A stretch of 64,000 nt of DNA from Candidatus Berkelbacteria bacterium (GCA_016187225.1 JACPKC010000010.1:234283-298282); one strand, 5' to 3'; shown: positions 18,482 through 30,376, counted from the first letter of the stretch. The notes: a model not told the origin generated them from the sequence alone. Translations and numbers: made by a program.

Positions 18482-20077
18482 ATGGTCAAATATTTTATAT
18501 ACTGTAGAAAATCAAGTGAGGATGAAGAACGCCAAGTTTTGAGTATTGAGGCTCAATTGACGGAGCTTCGGGAATACGCCAAGCAAAATAATCTTTTCGT
18601 TGTAAAAGAATTTTACGAGAGTAAAACTGCCAAAGAGCCGGGGCGAGAGATTTTCAACGAAATGCTTGGCGAAATTGAAAAAGGTTTTGCCTCTGGAATT
18701 TTAGCGTGGAATCCAGACCGTTTAGCGAGAAATAGTATTGATGGTGGTAAGGTCGTATATTTTGTAGACACTTTGAAAATTGTTGCGTTAAAATTCCCGA
18801 CATTTTGGTTCGAAGCGACACCTCAAGGAAAATTTATGTTGAGTGTTGCTTTCGGGCAAGCAAAATATTACACCGACAATTTGAGAGAAAACATTTTGCG
18901 TGGTATTCGCCAAAAGATACGCCGTGGTGAATTATCGGCAAAAGCCCCTTTAGGATATTTTAACGAACCACGACTTCGAACGATTGAACCTGATAAAAAA
19001 ACTTTTAGTAAAGTAAAAGAAGTATTGGAGCTTTTTGCTACTGGCGAATATACGCTCACGGCGATTCAACGCAAAATGTTTTCTCTCGGCTTGGTTGGCT
19101 CCCGAAGTGGAAAACCTCTCGCACTCGCCTCGATAGAACATATTTTGAAAAATCCTTTTTACTACGGACACTTTCAGTACCGAGGCGAGGTGCATGCCGG
19201 ATCGCACAAGCCAATGATTTCAAAGAAACTTTTTGACAAAATCCAAGAGGCACTTGTCGCCAATGGAAAACCCCGCAAAAAGCGAGGAGCAAAAAATTTT
19301 CAGTACTTAGGTTTTGCTACTTGTGGGATTTGTGGCTATGCCATAACAGCTGAAAGACATATCAAAAAAAGTGGCTTAAAATTTGTATATTATCGTTGCA
19401 CCCACAAGAGCAAAATTATTACTTGCACTGAAAATCGTTTTTTGCGGGAAGAAGTTTTAACCGAACAAGTGAAAAATCTTTGTCAAAAAGTTTCCTTGCC
19501 TGATGAGTGGCGGGAAAAGTTTTTAACTAAACTGGAAACTGAAAATATGGAATCCCGCCACTCATCAGACCTTTTCGTTCAAAATCTCCGTGATAATATT
19601 TCCGCCATTAAAGAAAAGTTGGAACGACTAACTGACGCATATTTATCCGAGGCGTTAGAACTTGTGGAATATCAAGAACGAAAAAATCTTTTAATGGCGG
19701 AAAAGAAAACAAATGAGGAGAAATTATCGGAATTTGAACGAAAAGGTAATCATTGGCTTGAACTCATGCGAAACTGGATTATTGAAGCCAACCAAGCCGT
19801 AAATCTCTATAAACAAGAAAATCCCTCACGGATGAGAGATTTTCTTGTTTCCATCGGCTCGAACCGCCGACTTTCTGCGGGAATGCTTTTGGCGGAATTC
19901 AAAACCCCCTGGAATTTCTTGGCGGAAACCAATGCCGAGGGGCGAAGCCCCGAGGCAACTTCTTCGGCAAATTCGAAATGGTGGACCGTACTGGATTCGA
20001 ACCAGCGACCTCTTCCATGCCATGGAAGCGCTCTACCAACTGAGCTAACGGCCCTTATTGCAATTGCATTTGAATAG
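18482..20077 (+). CDS. Large serine recombinase (integrase)
   Basis: YCRKSS catalytic Ser, DRLARN, recombinase domain (ILKNPFYYG), zinc ribbon CGICG...YYRC, coiled coil; last codons run antisense through tRNA-Ala. Confidence 0.95.
   Translation: MVKYFIYCRKSSEDEERQVLSIEAQLTELREYAKQNNLFVVKEFYESKTAKEPGREIFNEMLGEIEKGFASGILAWNPDRLARNSIDGGKVVYFVDTLKIVALKFPTFWFEATPQGKFMLSVAFGQAKYYTDNLRENILRGIRQKIRRGELSAKAPLGYFNEPRLRTIEPDKKTFSKVKEVLELFATGEYTLTAIQRKMFSLGLVGSRSGKPLALASIEHILKNPFYYGHFQYRGEVHAGSHKPMISKKLFDKIQEALVANGKPRKKRGAKNFQYLGFATCGICGYAITAERHIKKSGLKFVYYRCTHKSKIITCTENRFLREEVLTEQVKNLCQKVSLPDEWREKFLTKLETENMESRHSSDLFVQNLRDNISAIKEKLERLTDAYLSEALELVEYQERKNLLMAEKKTNEEKLSEFERKGNHWLELMRNWIIEANQAVNLYKQENPSRMRDFLVSIGSNRRLSAGMLLAEFKTPWNFLAETNAEGRSPEATSSANSKWWTVLDSNQRPLPCHGSALPTELTALIAIAFE
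19979..20054 (-). tRNA. tRNA-Ala(GGC)
   Basis: GGGCCGTTAGCTCAGTTGGTAGAGCGCTTCCATGGCATGGAAGAGGTCGCTGGTTCGAATCCAGTACGGTCCACCA; G3:U70, GGC anticodon, encoded CCA. Confidence 0.97.
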
Positions 20078-20143
20078 CAGGATCTTATCTGTTTTAGCTG
20101 AATTCGTAAAGATTCTTCGGTTGACGTGATAAACTAATATTAT

Positions 20144-21349
20144 ATGGGAGGGAAGAAGAATATCGTAATTCTTGGAGGCGGCTTTGCCGGTGTGCGAGCC
20201 GCTCTTGATTTGGCGCGTGATCGTCAGCTCATCGATACTCATCGCATTGTGCTCATTGATCGTGAAACATATCATCTCTTTACACCTTGGCTCTATACTC
20301 GAGCCTCTACCGGAGCGCCTCGCCGCGGGGTGAGAATTCCATTTCAAGTGATTTTCGCCACTCAACCTGTCGAAGTGATTCGCGGCGAGGTCAAAGCAAT
20401 TCATCGCGGAATGCATGCCGTTACTCTTAAAGGCGGTCAAGAAATTGATTATGAATACCTAATCGTTGCGCTTGGATCGGTGAGTAATGATTTTGGTATT
20501 GATGGAATTGCCAAGCATGCCTTATTTTTGAAAACTTTTGAAGATGCCGAACGAATCCGTTCTAAAATTGAAAAACAGTATCGTGCATTTGCCGTAAGCA
20601 ATCAGGTCGGTGAACTTTTTCAAGTCATAATTGGCGGCGGCGGGTTGACGGGCGTTGAGCTCGTTGCTGAATTGCATAGCTACCTGAAAGATTTGGCGCG
20701 TAAATATGAACGTGGCCGCGGCTCGTTCATTATTAAAATTGTTGAGGCGGAACAGCGTCTCTTGCCTGGTTTGCCAGAGTGGGTTTCAAATAAAACTCAT
20801 GCTCGCCTTGGCTCATATCGGCATGTTGAGATACTGCTTCAAAGTATGATTGCAAAAGTGCGAACACGAAAAATCGAACTCAAAAATGGCGACACGCTCG
20901 AATATGAAATTCTTATTTGGACTGCCGGCGTGCAAGCGCATCCTTTAATTGCCTCGCTTGAGCAACCGCTTGACTATCATAAACGTGTAATCGTGAAGTC
21001 CTCGCTTGAGTTGCGCGACGATAGTCATGTTTATGTAATCGGAGACGCGGGCGTTGTTTCGGTTCGAACAAAAATTCGTGATACTGAAACGATTCTTAAC
21101 GCCTACAAAAAAGGAGAGGTAGCGGCGGCAAATATTGTTCGCGCGTTAACTAGAAAGCCTGGGTTAAGCTATCAGCCGGTTAATCCCGGCTGTATTATTC
21201 CTCTTAGCGGCGCCTGGGCAATTTCAACGATTGGTACTCCACTGATCGGACGAGTAGCTTATTTGTTTTTACGCCTCATTCATTTGCGCTACTTTTTACA
21301 CATCCTGCCATTTTCAGAAGCATTCAAACGGTGGTATGGTTCGGGTTAA
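20144..21349 (+). CDS. ndh: Type II NADH dehydrogenase-like FAD oxidoreductase
   Basis: ILGGGFAG, YLIVALGS, IGGGGLTGVE, WTAGV, YVIGD. Confidence 0.85.
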   Translation: MGGKKNIVILGGGFAGVRAALDLARDRQLIDTHRIVLIDRETYHLFTPWLYTRASTGAPRRGVRIPFQVIFATQPVEVIRGEVKAIHRGMHAVTLKGGQEIDYEYLIVALGSVSNDFGIDGIAKHALFLKTFEDAERIRSKIEKQYRAFAVSNQVGELFQVIIGGGGLTGVELVAELHSYLKDLARKYERGRGSFIIKIVEAEQRLLPGLPEWVSNKTHARLGSYRHVEILLQSMIAKVRTRKIELKNGDTLEYEILIWTAGVQAHPLIASLEQPLDYHKRVIVKSSLELRDDSHVYVIGDAGVVSVRTKIRDTETILNAYKKGEVAAANIVRALTRKPGLSYQPVNPGCIIPLSGAWAISTIGTPLIGRVAYLFLRLIHLRYFLHILPFSEAFKRWYGSG

Positions 21350-21363
21350 GAGAAAGGAGGAAA

Positions 21364-21903
21364 ATGACAATCGCTGTTATTTTACATGTGATTGGAACCG
21401 TCCTTGGTGTCGGCGCGGTTACCGTCAACGACGTGATGTTGCTTCGTGCGCTCGGTGACGGTGATCAAGGTATTGCTTACCAAAAAAACGCTATTTGGTT
21501 CTCGCTCATCATTTGGATTGGCTGGATTATCTTGGCGGGGAGCGCGGTCTATTTTGCGCTTACTAATAGCTGGGTCATGCAGAGTGGCAAAATACTCCTC
21601 AAGCTATTTCTGTTCGGCGTCTTAACTATTAATGGCTTGATGATGAATTTTATTTTAACGCCGGCCTTAGAACGCTTGAAACGTGTTGACTGGCAGGAAA
21701 AACGTCCAGCGCTCAAACGCATAGTTCGATTGGGTGTCTTTCCGGGAGCGCTCTCGATTACTTCGTGGTACGCCACTTTGATTCTAGGCGCCGCGGGTCG
21801 CCAAACCTGGACAGTCGAGCAAATGTTTTCGATCTTTGCTCTTGCGCTTCTTGTCGCCTGGCTTGGCGCCTATTTTGTGACCAACTGGCGACTTAAGACT
21901 TAA
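21364..21903 (+). CDS. Hypothetical multi-pass membrane protein
   Basis: AGGAGG RBS before ATG 21364; about 5 hydrophobic helices. Confidence 0.7.
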   Translation: MTIAVILHVIGTVLGVGAVTVNDVMLLRALGDGDQGIAYQKNAIWFSLIIWIGWIILAGSAVYFALTNSWVMQSGKILLKLFLFGVLTINGLMMNFILTPALERLKRVDWQEKRPALKRIVRLGVFPGALSITSWYATLILGAAGRQTWTVEQMFSIFALALLVAWLGAYFVTNWRLKT

Positions 21904-22233
21904 TTAAGTCTTCACCTCAATATCAACTCCGGCGGGGAGATCGAGACTCATTAGGGCGTCGATTGTTTTTGCGGTTGGATTCAGGACGTCGATCATTCGC
22001 TTGTGAATTCTTTGCTCAAATTGCTCGCGAGCATCTTTGTGTTTAAAAGTTGAACGAAGCACCGTTACCTTTTTAATTTCAGTTGGCAGAGGAATTGGCC
22101 CATTAACAGTCGCTCCAGTCCGGCGCGTAGTTTCCAAAATCTTACGCGCCGATTGATCGATGACACGATAATCATAGGCTTTTAGACGAATCCGAATGCG
22201 CTGGGTAGCAGTGGAGTCAGAGGCTTTAGCCAT
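21904..22233 (-). CDS. rpsJ: 30S ribosomal protein S10
   Basis: [31 protein letters not shown]. Confidence 0.98.
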   Translation of the reverse strand: MAKASDSTATQRIRIRLKAYDYRVIDQSARKILETTRRTGATVNGPIPLPTEIKKVTVLRSTFKHKDAREQFEQRIHKRMIDVLNPTAKTIDALMSLDLPAGVDIEVKT

Positions 22234-22256
22234 GGTAAGGTACTCGTCTTCTCCGA

Positions 22257-23441
22257 TTACTTAGTAATTTCAGTTACGACCCCGGCGCCGACCGTGCGAC
22301 CGCCTTCACGAATCGCGAAGCGCATTCCTTGCTCAATCGCTACTGGTACGATGAGTTTCACACCAAAAGTAATAGTATCACCCGGCATTACCATTTCAGT
22401 TCCCTCTGGCAACTCAACCTCGCCGGTCACATCGGTTGTGCGAATATAAAATTGGGGTTTGTAACCTTTAAAAAAGGGCGTATGGCGACCACCTTCTTCT
22501 TTATTGAGAATATAAACTTCAGACTTAAATTCGGTATGAGGTGTGATTGAGCCTGGCTTGGCGAGTACCTGCCCCCGCTCGATGTCAGTGCGTTCCACCC
22601 CCCGCAAGAGGGCGCCGATGTTATCCCCTGCTTGTCCTTGATCGAGAAGTTTGCGAAACATCTCAACACCAGTCACGACGACTTTCTTAGTCGGCTGGAG
22701 TCCAACAATTTCGACCTCCTCATTAACCTTGACGATGCCACGCTCAACACGACCGGTTGCAACCGTCCCCCGGCCCTTAATTGAAAAGACGTCTTCGATT
22801 GGCATTAAGAAAGGTTTATCAGTTTCACGGACAGGTTCGGGAATCGTTTCATCAAGAGCGTTCACAAGTTCCATGATTTTATCTTGGTTTTCCTTGTCGC
22901 CTTCCAATGCCTTGAGGGCAGACCCGCGAATGATTTTAACCTTGTCGCCGTCGTACTCATATTTAGTTAGGAGTTCGCGAATTTCCATCTCAACCAAATC
23001 CAGAAGTTCAGGATCATCTACCATATCGACTTTATTTAGGAAGACCACGATTGCCGGAACGCCGACTTGCCGCGCCAAAAGAATGTGTTCGCGAGTTTGC
23101 GGCATTGGACCATCGGCGGCTGAAACAACAACAATCGCGCCGTCCATTTGCGCCGCACCGGTGATCATATTTTTTACATAGTCTGCGTGACCTGGACAAT
23201 CAACGTGGGCATAATGGCGTTTGTCCGATTCATACTCAACGTGCATCGTGGCAATCGTGATCCCGCGCTCTCTTTCTTCGGGCGCGGCATCAATTTGATC
23301 AACACCTTTTTTATCAGCAATAAATCCTCGGTCTCCCAGAGTTTTTAGCAAAGCGGCAGTGGTCGTTGTTTTGCCATGGTCAACGTGACCAATCGTGCCA
23401 ACGTTCACATGTGGCTTTGTGCGTTCAAATTTTTCGGCCAT
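22257..23441 (-). CDS. tuf: Elongation factor Tu
   Basis: [29 protein letters not shown]. Confidence 0.99.
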   Translation of the reverse strand: MAEKFERTKPHVNVGTIGHVDHGKTTTTAALLKTLGDRGFIADKKGVDQIDAAPEERERGITIATMHVEYESDKRHYAHVDCPGHADYVKNMITGAAQMDGAIVVVSAADGPMPQTREHILLARQVGVPAIVVFLNKVDMVDDPELLDLVEMEIRELLTKYEYDGDKVKIIRGSALKALEGDKENQDKIMELVNALDETIPEPVRETDKPFLMPIEDVFSIKGRGTVATGRVERGIVKVNEEVEIVGLQPTKKVVVTGVEMFRKLLDQGQAGDNIGALLRGVERTDIERGQVLAKPGSITPHTEFKSEVYILNKEEGGRHTPFFKGYKPQFYIRTTDVTGEVELPEGTEMVMPGDTITFGVKLIVPVAIEQGMRFAIREGGRTVGAGVVTEITK

Positions 23442-23479
23442 AAGACTCCTTTCAAAGTAATCTGTAATAAATTTAGATC

Positions 23480-23508
23480 AGTATAGAATAAGTACCTTGA
23501 TTTCGCAA
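23480..23508 (-). promoter_or_regulatory. Internal promoter for tuf
   Basis: TTGCGA-17 bp-TATACT in fusA-tuf spacer. Confidence 0.6.
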
Positions 23509-23513
23509 CCAGT

Positions 23514-25631
23514 TCATCGACTTCGGCCAGCGATTATCTCGGCTTCGATATTTTTAGGTAACTCTTCATAGCAATCAAATTCCATCGAATAACTGGCACG
23601 GCCTTGAGTCATACTGCGTAGTTGAGTGGCATAACCGAACATTGAGGCAAGCGGCGCTTTGGCGCGAATCACTTTAGCGTTGCCGCGATCTTCGGTTGCT
23701 TCAATTCGGCCACGTCTACTGTTTAAATCACCCATCACATCGCCGAGAAAATCCTCGGGAGTTACAACCTCAATCGCCATAATCGGCTCAAGGATCACTG
23801 GCGAGGCTTTCTTGGCGGCATCTTGAAGCGCCATTGAGCCTGCAATTTGAAAAGCCAACTCTGAAGAATCAACCTCATGGAATGAACCATCATGGAGTGT
23901 GGCTTTGAGATCGATGAGTGAGTAGCCAGCTAGAATCCCTCGTCCCATCGCTTCTTTAATTCCCTTTGCTATTGGCGCGATATACTCACGCGGAACGATA
24001 CCGCCTACAATTTTATTGATAAAAACGAAATGCTCTTCAGGATATTCAACACGATCATCTTCGTTCATCGGTTCGAGATCGATGACGGCGTGCCCATACT
24101 GCCCGCGGCCACCGGTTTGACGAATAAATTTACCTTCGCCAGTTGCCTTGGCGCGAATTGTCTCGCGATAGGCAACTTGAGGCTGGCCGACGTTGGCCTC
24201 AACCTTAAATTCTCGTTTCATTCGGTCGACGATAATTTCAAGATGAAGCTCGCCCATACCGGCGATTAAGGTTTCACCCGTTTCTTGATCGGTACTGACA
24301 CGGAAAGTCGGGTCTTCATCGGCTAGACGGCTCAAAGCCAATCCCATTTTTTCTTGGTCGGCCTTTGATTTCGGCTCAATCGCAACTGAAATAACAGGTT
24401 CAGGGAAGGTGATTGCTTCGAGTAGAATTGGTTGATCTAGATCGCAAAGTGTATCGCCCGTTGTACCCTCTAGCCCGACGGCGGCTGCAATATCGCCTGC
24501 ATAAAGTTCTTTGACATCTTCACGCTGATTAGCATGCATGCGTAAAATTCGGCCGACTCGTTCTTTTTTGTTGGTATTCACATTCAAGATATAGGAGCCT
24601 GCGTTCAAGGTACCAGAATAGACTCGGAAAAAAGCAAGCTTGCCAACAAAAGGATCAGCCGCGATCTTAAACAGGAGGGAGGCAAAGGGCTCGCTGTCCG
24701 AAGCTTGTCGAGTTAGTTTATTATCTGGATGTTTAGGGTCAGTACCTTCGATTGGTGGCACATCGATTGGGCTTGGCAGGTAGTCAACGACAGCATCCAA
24801 CATAAGCTGAACTCCTTTGTTCTTGAGTGCGGAGCCAGTTAAGACAGGAATAATTCTGTTCGAAACAGTGCCCTGGCGGAGGGTGGCAATAATTTCTTCA
24901 TCTGTAAGCGGTTCTCCGCCAAGATATTTTTCAAGTAAGTTATCATCAAGCTCTGCGACTTTTTCTAAAAGTTTCTCACGCCACTCTTTGGCAAGTTCAA
25001 GCATCTTGGTCGGTATTTCTTGCTCTTCAACATCGGTGCCTAAATCATTGGTATAGAGATAGGCTTTTTTGCGGATTAGGTCGATGAGGCCACGAAAATC
25101 GCTTTCATTCCCAATTGGAAGCTGGATTGGAATCGCATTTGCGCCCAAGCGTTCAAGGATGGAGTGATACGAACGAAAGAAATCGGCGCCAGTTCGATCG
25201 AGTTTATTAATAAAACAAATACGCGGGACATGATATTTATCTGCTTGGCGCCAAACGGTTTCCGACTGTGGCTCGACACCGGCGACACCATCAAAAACAA
25301 CTACTGCGCCATCAAGAACGCGAAGCGAACGTTCAACTTCAACCGTAAAATCAACATGTCCGGGCGTGTCGATGATATTGATTCGGTGCTTATTGTCAGG
25401 GCGCGTGGTTGGCGACCAAAAACAGGTCGTTGCCGCCGATGTGATTGTGATCCCCCGTTCTCGTTCCTGTTCCATCCAATCCATCTCGGCTTCACCCTCA
25501 TGCACCTCGCCGATTTTGTGCTTTTTTCCAGTATAGAAAAGAATGCGTTCTGTGACGGTTGTCTTGCCAGCGTCAATATGGGCGGCAATGCCGATATTGC
25601 GAGTCTTTTCTAACGGATATTCACGTGCCAT
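23514..25631 (-). CDS. fusA: Elongation factor G
   Basis: [25 protein letters not shown]. Confidence 0.99.
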   Translation of the reverse strand: MAREYPLEKTRNIGIAAHIDAGKTTVTERILFYTGKKHKIGEVHEGEAEMDWMEQERERGITITSAATTCFWSPTTRPDNKHRINIIDTPGHVDFTVEVERSLRVLDGAVVVFDGVAGVEPQSETVWRQADKYHVPRICFINKLDRTGADFFRSYHSILERLGANAIPIQLPIGNESDFRGLIDLIRKKAYLYTNDLGTDVEEQEIPTKMLELAKEWREKLLEKVAELDDNLLEKYLGGEPLTDEEIIATLRQGTVSNRIIPVLTGSALKNKGVQLMLDAVVDYLPSPIDVPPIEGTDPKHPDNKLTRQASDSEPFASLLFKIAADPFVGKLAFFRVYSGTLNAGSYILNVNTNKKERVGRILRMHANQREDVKELYAGDIAAAVGLEGTTGDTLCDLDQPILLEAITFPEPVISVAIEPKSKADQEKMGLALSRLADEDPTFRVSTDQETGETLIAGMGELHLEIIVDRMKREFKVEANVGQPQVAYRETIRAKATGEGKFIRQTGGRGQYGHAVIDLEPMNEDDRVEYPEEHFVFINKIVGGIVPREYIAPIAKGIKEAMGRGILAGYSLIDLKATLHDGSFHEVDSSELAFQIAGSMALQDAAKKASPVILEPIMAIEVVTPEDFLGDVMGDLNSRRGRIEATEDRGNAKVIRAKAPLASMFGYATQLRSMTQGRASYSMEFDCYEELPKNIEAEIIAGRSR

Positions 25632-25656
25632 AATTTCTTACATCTAATACTCTTTG

Positions 25657-26130
25657 TTAAAATCTCGCGTAGTGGGCAAAGGCTTTATTCGCCTCGGCCA
25701 TGCGATGCATCTCATCGCGTTTAGCGATTGCACTGCCTTGACTTGCAAAGGCCGCCTTTAATTCTTCAGCTAAAGAGACTTGCATAGTTTTACCTTTATT
25801 GCCGCGTGCGGCATTGATAATCCAGCGCATCGAGAGAGCAACCTTTCGTTCCGAGCGAATTTCCATTGGGACCTGGTAAGTTGCGCCACCAATGCGTTTT
25901 GCGCGCACTTCAACCAGCGGTGAAACATTCTTAAGCGCCTGATCAAAAATCTGAAGCGCTGGCAATTTTAACTCCTTTTCAACTTGAGCAAGAGCTGAGT
26001 AGACAATTTTTTCGGCAGTTTGTTTTTGGCCGCGCAACATAACTTTATTAATAAACTTAGCCACCAGAATTGACTGGTAGCGATAGTCGGGTTTAATTTG
26101 GGGGCGCTTAATGCGCTTTTTACCTCGCAT
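25657..26130 (-). CDS. rpsG: 30S ribosomal protein S7
   Basis: RIGGATYQVP, HRMAEANKAFAH. Confidence 0.98.
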   Translation of the reverse strand: MRGKKRIKRPQIKPDYRYQSILVAKFINKVMLRGQKQTAEKIVYSALAQVEKELKLPALQIFDQALKNVSPLVEVRAKRIGGATYQVPMEIRSERKVALSMRWIINAARGNKGKTMQVSLAEELKAAFASQGSAIAKRDEMHRMAEANKAFAHYARF

Positions 26131-26138
26131 GATCCGCC

Positions 26139-26552
26139 TTAACTCTTTTTAGCGCCGTAGCGTGATCGGCTCTGTTTCCGCTTTGCAACGGCGGCTGTAT
26201 CGAGCATGCCACGCACAATGTGATACCGCACACCAGGTAAATCTTTGACACGTCCACCTCGAATCAAGACGACCGAGTGTTCCTGTAAATTGTGGCCTTC
26301 GCCAGGGATATAAGCTGTTACTTCCTGACCAGAAGTTAGCCGAACACGAGCAATTTTTCGCAGTGCAGAGTTTGGTTTTTTTGGTGTCATGGTTTTGACC
26401 AGGACGCACACCCCCCGCTTAAAGGGTGAACCAAGACGTGAGCTTGTTGGTCGATTTTTGATAAAATTGAAACCACGATGAAGCGCCGGCGCTTTTGATT
26501 TAGGTGTTTTTCGGACTCGACCACTTCGAATAAGTTGATTGATAGTTGGCAT
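26139..26552 (-). CDS. rpsL: 30S ribosomal protein S12
   Basis: Start ATG 26552 (MPTINQL); [22 protein letters not shown]. Confidence 0.98.
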   Translation of the reverse strand: MPTINQLIRSGRVRKTPKSKAPALHRGFNFIKNRPTSSRLGSPFKRGVCVLVKTMTPKKPNSALRKIARVRLTSGQEVTAYIPGEGHNLQEHSVVLIRGGRVKDLPGVRYHIVRGMLDTAAVAKRKQSRSRYGAKKS

Positions 26553-26587
26553 AACGTCGGTAAGTATACGGGTACTTCTGTTCTCGG

Positions 26588-29500
26588 TCAATGTTTGGCT
26601 TTTTCTTTGAGACGCTTACGAAAGCCGGTTCCGGCGGGAATCAGGCGACCAATGATTACATTCTCTTTAAGCCCGCGCAGTGGGTCGATGGCGCCACGCA
26701 CGGCGGCGTCGATTAATACGCTGGTTGTTTCTTGAAATGACGCCGCTGACAAAAAACTATCAGTTGTGAGAGCGATTCTGGTTACACCAAACAAAGTATC
26801 GTTAAAACGAATCAGTTTTTTGCCTTTAACCTTAAGCTTCTCATTTTCTCGTTCAATAGACCGTCTCTCTATAATCTGTCCCATTAGATATTTTGAATCG
26901 GCGCCGTCAAGAATCTGAACTTTAGAAAACATCTGACGGAGAATAATCTCTATATGTTTATCATTCACCTCTTGACCTTGAGAACTGTAAATTTGCTGAA
27001 TTTCGTGAACAATGTATTTTCGCGCCGCTTCTAATCCTTGATATTCCAAAAGTTTTTGCAAATCCAGGTGCCCTTCGGTAAGTGCTTGACCGCGTATGAC
27101 TTTTTCACCGGTTTTAACTTTGGCGCTTTGAGTTGAGGTAAGCGGATACTCTTTCACCAGTGGCTCGGTTGCCTGAATCATAACTGTTTTTCCCTTGAGA
27201 ACCACCTTGCCGCCCAGGAGGCTTCGGAGCGCTTTTTTGTCAATTGCGGAAGCGATCGCTTGTTTAGGATTAACGAGCTCATTATCCTTTACAATAATCT
27301 CGTAACCTTCAGGAATATCATGTGTTTCCGATCGGAGTTCTTCGGAAGCGACTCTAATGATGGTGCCATTTTTTCGGTCGCTAATACGTATGGCGCCTTC
27401 GATATCACTCATAATTGCCGGGCTTTTGGGCGAACGGGCCTCAAACAGCTCTTCAACTCGTGGCAAACCTGTAGTTACATCTTCACCCGTTGCAACACCG
27501 CCTGAATGAAAAGTATCGAGCGTGAGTTGAGTGCCAGGTTCGCCAATTGCTTGGGCGGCCATGATGCCAACCACTTCACCAAGTTCGATCAATTCACCGG
27601 TTGCCAAATCGCGCCCATAACATTTTTGGCACAAACCCCATTCAGCTCGACAATTCAAGGGTGAACGCACGCTAACACTTTCAATTTCGGATTCAGTAAT
27701 CAAGCGAGCGGCGACTTCGTCAATTTCTTGGTCTTTATCGATGATTTTTTTGCCAGTGACTTTAATCGCTTGCAAACTAAATCGACCGATTAAGCGCGAA
27801 GCATAGTCAATATTAAGTTCATCGGCATCAGCCCGTTTTACCTCGATCCCGGTGTCACTGCCACAATCGGCAATTTCAACAATTACATCTTGAGCAACAT
27901 CGACTAGCCGTCGGGTGAGGTAGCCTGAATCCGAGGTCCGAAGCGCGGTATCCGATTTTCCTTTTCGGGCCGCGTGAGTTGAGGTGAAATATTCAAGTTC
28001 TGTCAGACCTTCCTTGAAGTTGGAGGTAATTGCAGTCTCAATAATTTCACCGCTTGGATTAACCACCAAGCCTTTCATTCCGGCCATCTGATTGAGCTGG
28101 GTAGTCGAACCGCGCGCGCCTGATTTAACCGCGATGAAAACCGGCCCGTTTACGTCGTAACCTTCGACGACTTTCGCGCCAATTAAGTCTCGCGCTTTTT
28201 CCCAAAGTCGAATCGTTTGAATGCGGCGTTCATCATCTGTGATGAGGCCAAAGTGGTATTGTTCTTGAATTTTTTCGAGGTCCGAGCGAGTCTCTTGAAC
28301 GATCTTATATTTAGCATCTGGGATCTGGATGTCGTTCATGCTGATTGACATGCCTGAAAGTAAAGCGTGTTCAAAGCCGATTTTCTTAATTTTATCAACT
28401 GTCTCGGCCGTCGCGTCACCGCCGAGAAGTTTAAAACACTGGAAAATAAGTTTTTTGAGCGCCTTGGCATCCATCGATTCATTTAGATAACGCAATTCTT
28501 TTGGAATAACATTGTTGAAAAGAATCCGACCAACCGATGTTTCCATGATTTTAGGCGTGGCGCCTTCCTTGGGCGCTAAGAGAACTCTGATTTTAGCGCG
28601 GATGTGCAAGTTTCCCATTTGATAGGCTAAAATTGTCTCATTTTTGCCTGAAAAGGCTTTACCTTCACCACGCACGTTTTCTTGAAAAGTTGTCAGATAA
28701 TAAACGCCGTAAACCATATCGAGTCGCGGGGTGACAATCGGTTCGCCCGAAGCGGGTTTGAGCAGGTTCTTTTTTGATTGCATGATCTCTGACGATTCCC
28801 ATTGCGCCTGGCTTGAAAGCGGCACATGGACAGCCATCTGGTCACCATCAAAGTCGGCGTTGAAAGCTAGACATGCGAGAGGGTGAAGTTGGATCGCCTT
28901 GCCTTCAATTAGGACTGGTTTGAAAGCTTGAATGCCTAAGCGATGCAGAGTCGGCGCGCGGTTCAAAAGCACAAATTTTTCTGCTGTAACTTGTTCTAGC
29001 GCGTCCCAAACTTCTGGCGCGCCGCGTTCAATCAGCCGGGCGGCGTTTTTGACATTCTGAATATAGCCCTCCTGAATTAGACGACTAATAACGAAGGGTT
29101 TAAAAAGTTCAAGCGCCATTGTTTTCGGTAAGCCGCATTGATTAAGTTTGAGTTCCGGACCGACCACAATGACCGACCGCCCCGAGTAGTCGACGCGTTT
29201 ACCCAAGAGATTTTGACGGAATCGTCCTTGTTTGCCACGTAGCATATCTGACAGCGAACGCAAACGACGTTGCGTGGCGCCGGCGTTGACAGCTCGACCA
29301 CGTCGCGCTGAATTATCGATCAGAGAATCGATTGCTTCTTGAAGCATTCGTTTTTCATTCCTGCAGATCACCTCGGGTGCGCCTTGCGCGAGAAGCTTTT
29401 TCAAACGATTATTGCGATTCAAAACGCGGCGGTAAAGATCATTCAAATCCGAAGCGGCAAAACGTCCGCCATCGAGCTGTACCATTGGACGCAAATCAGG

Positions 29501-30373
29501 TGGAATCACTGGAATTCGCGTCATGACAAACCATTCAGGCTTGATACCCGCTGAAGAAATTTGCTTCAATAACTGCAAGCGTTTTACATAACGGCGGCGA
29601 ACTGTTTCACCCGCCTCCTCAATTTTTGCGCTCAAATCTTTCATGATCGCGTCTAAATTAAGTTCTTTCAAGAGCTCTAGAATCGCTTCGGCGCCTATTC
29701 CTACTCGAATTACATTGCCGTATTTAAGCGAAATCTGTTGATATTTTTCTTCGGATAAGATCGTGTACTTTTTGAGAGAAGCAAGCTCTTGTTTAGTTTG
29801 ACGATAGGCAGTTTCAATCTCGCGTTTTTGAGTGTCATTTAATTGACTATCTCCAACCAATTCTTGATACTCACCTTCTAGCTGGATCAAAAGCTCGGAG
29901 CGCAATTCTTCGTCAATTTCAAGCACAATAAAGCCTGCAAAGTAAATCACTTTTTCTAGGTCAGCGACCGAAAGATCAAGAAGCTGGCTTAAAGCGCTCG
30001 GGATGCCGCGAACGTACCAGATATGCGAAACTGGCGAAGCGAGCTCAATATGTCCCATCCGTTCGCGCCGAACTGAAGATCGAGTAACCTCGACGCCACA
30101 CTTGTCGCAAATGACACCCTTATAGCGGATTTTTTTGTACTTGCCGCAATAACATTCCCAATCTTTTGTTGGCCCAAAAATTCGTTCGTCGAACAAGCCG
30201 TCTCGTTCAGGTTTTTGAGTGCGGTAATTGATTGTTTCCGGTTTCAAAACCTCGCCGTATGACCAGGCTGAAATTTTTTCGGGGCTAGCGACAGAAATTC
30301 TGACTGAATTAAAATCCGTGAGGCGCAGAATACTTTCATTTGTCCGTTTGCCTTTTTGAGCTAGGTTTACCAT
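26588..30373 (-). CDS. rpoC: RNA polymerase beta' subunit
   Basis: [18 protein letters not shown] zinc finger. Confidence 0.99.
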   Translation of the reverse strand: MVNLAQKGKRTNESILRLTDFNSVRISVASPEKISAWSYGEVLKPETINYRTQKPERDGLFDERIFGPTKDWECYCGKYKKIRYKGVICDKCGVEVTRSSVRRERMGHIELASPVSHIWYVRGIPSALSQLLDLSVADLEKVIYFAGFIVLEIDEELRSELLIQLEGEYQELVGDSQLNDTQKREIETAYRQTKQELASLKKYTILSEEKYQQISLKYGNVIRVGIGAEAILELLKELNLDAIMKDLSAKIEEAGETVRRRYVKRLQLLKQISSAGIKPEWFVMTRIPVIPPDLRPMVQLDGGRFAASDLNDLYRRVLNRNNRLKKLLAQGAPEVICRNEKRMLQEAIDSLIDNSARRGRAVNAGATQRRLRSLSDMLRGKQGRFRQNLLGKRVDYSGRSVIVVGPELKLNQCGLPKTMALELFKPFVISRLIQEGYIQNVKNAARLIERGAPEVWDALEQVTAEKFVLLNRAPTLHRLGIQAFKPVLIEGKAIQLHPLACLAFNADFDGDQMAVHVPLSSQAQWESSEIMQSKKNLLKPASGEPIVTPRLDMVYGVYYLTTFQENVRGEGKAFSGKNETILAYQMGNLHIRAKIRVLLAPKEGATPKIMETSVGRILFNNVIPKELRYLNESMDAKALKKLIFQCFKLLGGDATAETVDKIKKIGFEHALLSGMSISMNDIQIPDAKYKIVQETRSDLEKIQEQYHFGLITDDERRIQTIRLWEKARDLIGAKVVEGYDVNGPVFIAVKSGARGSTTQLNQMAGMKGLVVNPSGEIIETAITSNFKEGLTELEYFTSTHAARKGKSDTALRTSDSGYLTRRLVDVAQDVIVEIADCGSDTGIEVKRADADELNIDYASRLIGRFSLQAIKVTGKKIIDKDQEIDEVAARLITESEIESVSVRSPLNCRAEWGLCQKCYGRDLATGELIELGEVVGIMAAQAIGEPGTQLTLDTFHSGGVATGEDVTTGLPRVEELFEARSPKSPAIMSDIEGAIRISDRKNGTIIRVASEELRSETHDIPEGYEIIVKDNELVNPKQAIASAIDKKALRSLLGGKVVLKGKTVMIQATEPLVKEYPLTSTQSAKVKTGEKVIRGQALTEGHLDLQKLLEYQGLEAARKYIVHEIQQIYSSQGQEVNDKHIEIILRQMFSKVQILDGADSKYLMGQIIERRSIERENEKLKVKGKKLIRFNDTLFGVTRIALTTDSFLSAASFQETTSVLIDAAVRGAIDPLRGLKENVIIGRLIPAGTGFRKRLKEKAKH

Positions 30374-30376
30374 TGC

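Larger units (their letters stand above)
14709..19984. mobile_element. Large-serine-recombinase integrative element at tRNA-Ala(GGC) 3' end (older cargo extends left to about 11.4 kb)
   Basis: Direct-repeat cores (CAAATnnGAAATGGTGG) overlapping the tRNA CCA end; recombinase gene; visibly AT-richer cargo. Confidence 0.8.

Noticed and set aside
18173-18489. Short ORFs 18173-18400, 18177-18470, 18241-18489 (and 19826-20023, 19845-20048) as genes
   Set aside because: They are alternative-frame readings of the duplicated att arm and tRNA; their mutual similarity is explained by the DNA repeat.
18252-19984. Diversity-generating retroelement TR/VR pair
   Set aside because: The three mismatches (A/C, G/T, T/G) are not adenine-specific, the copies are inverted and no reverse transcriptase is present.
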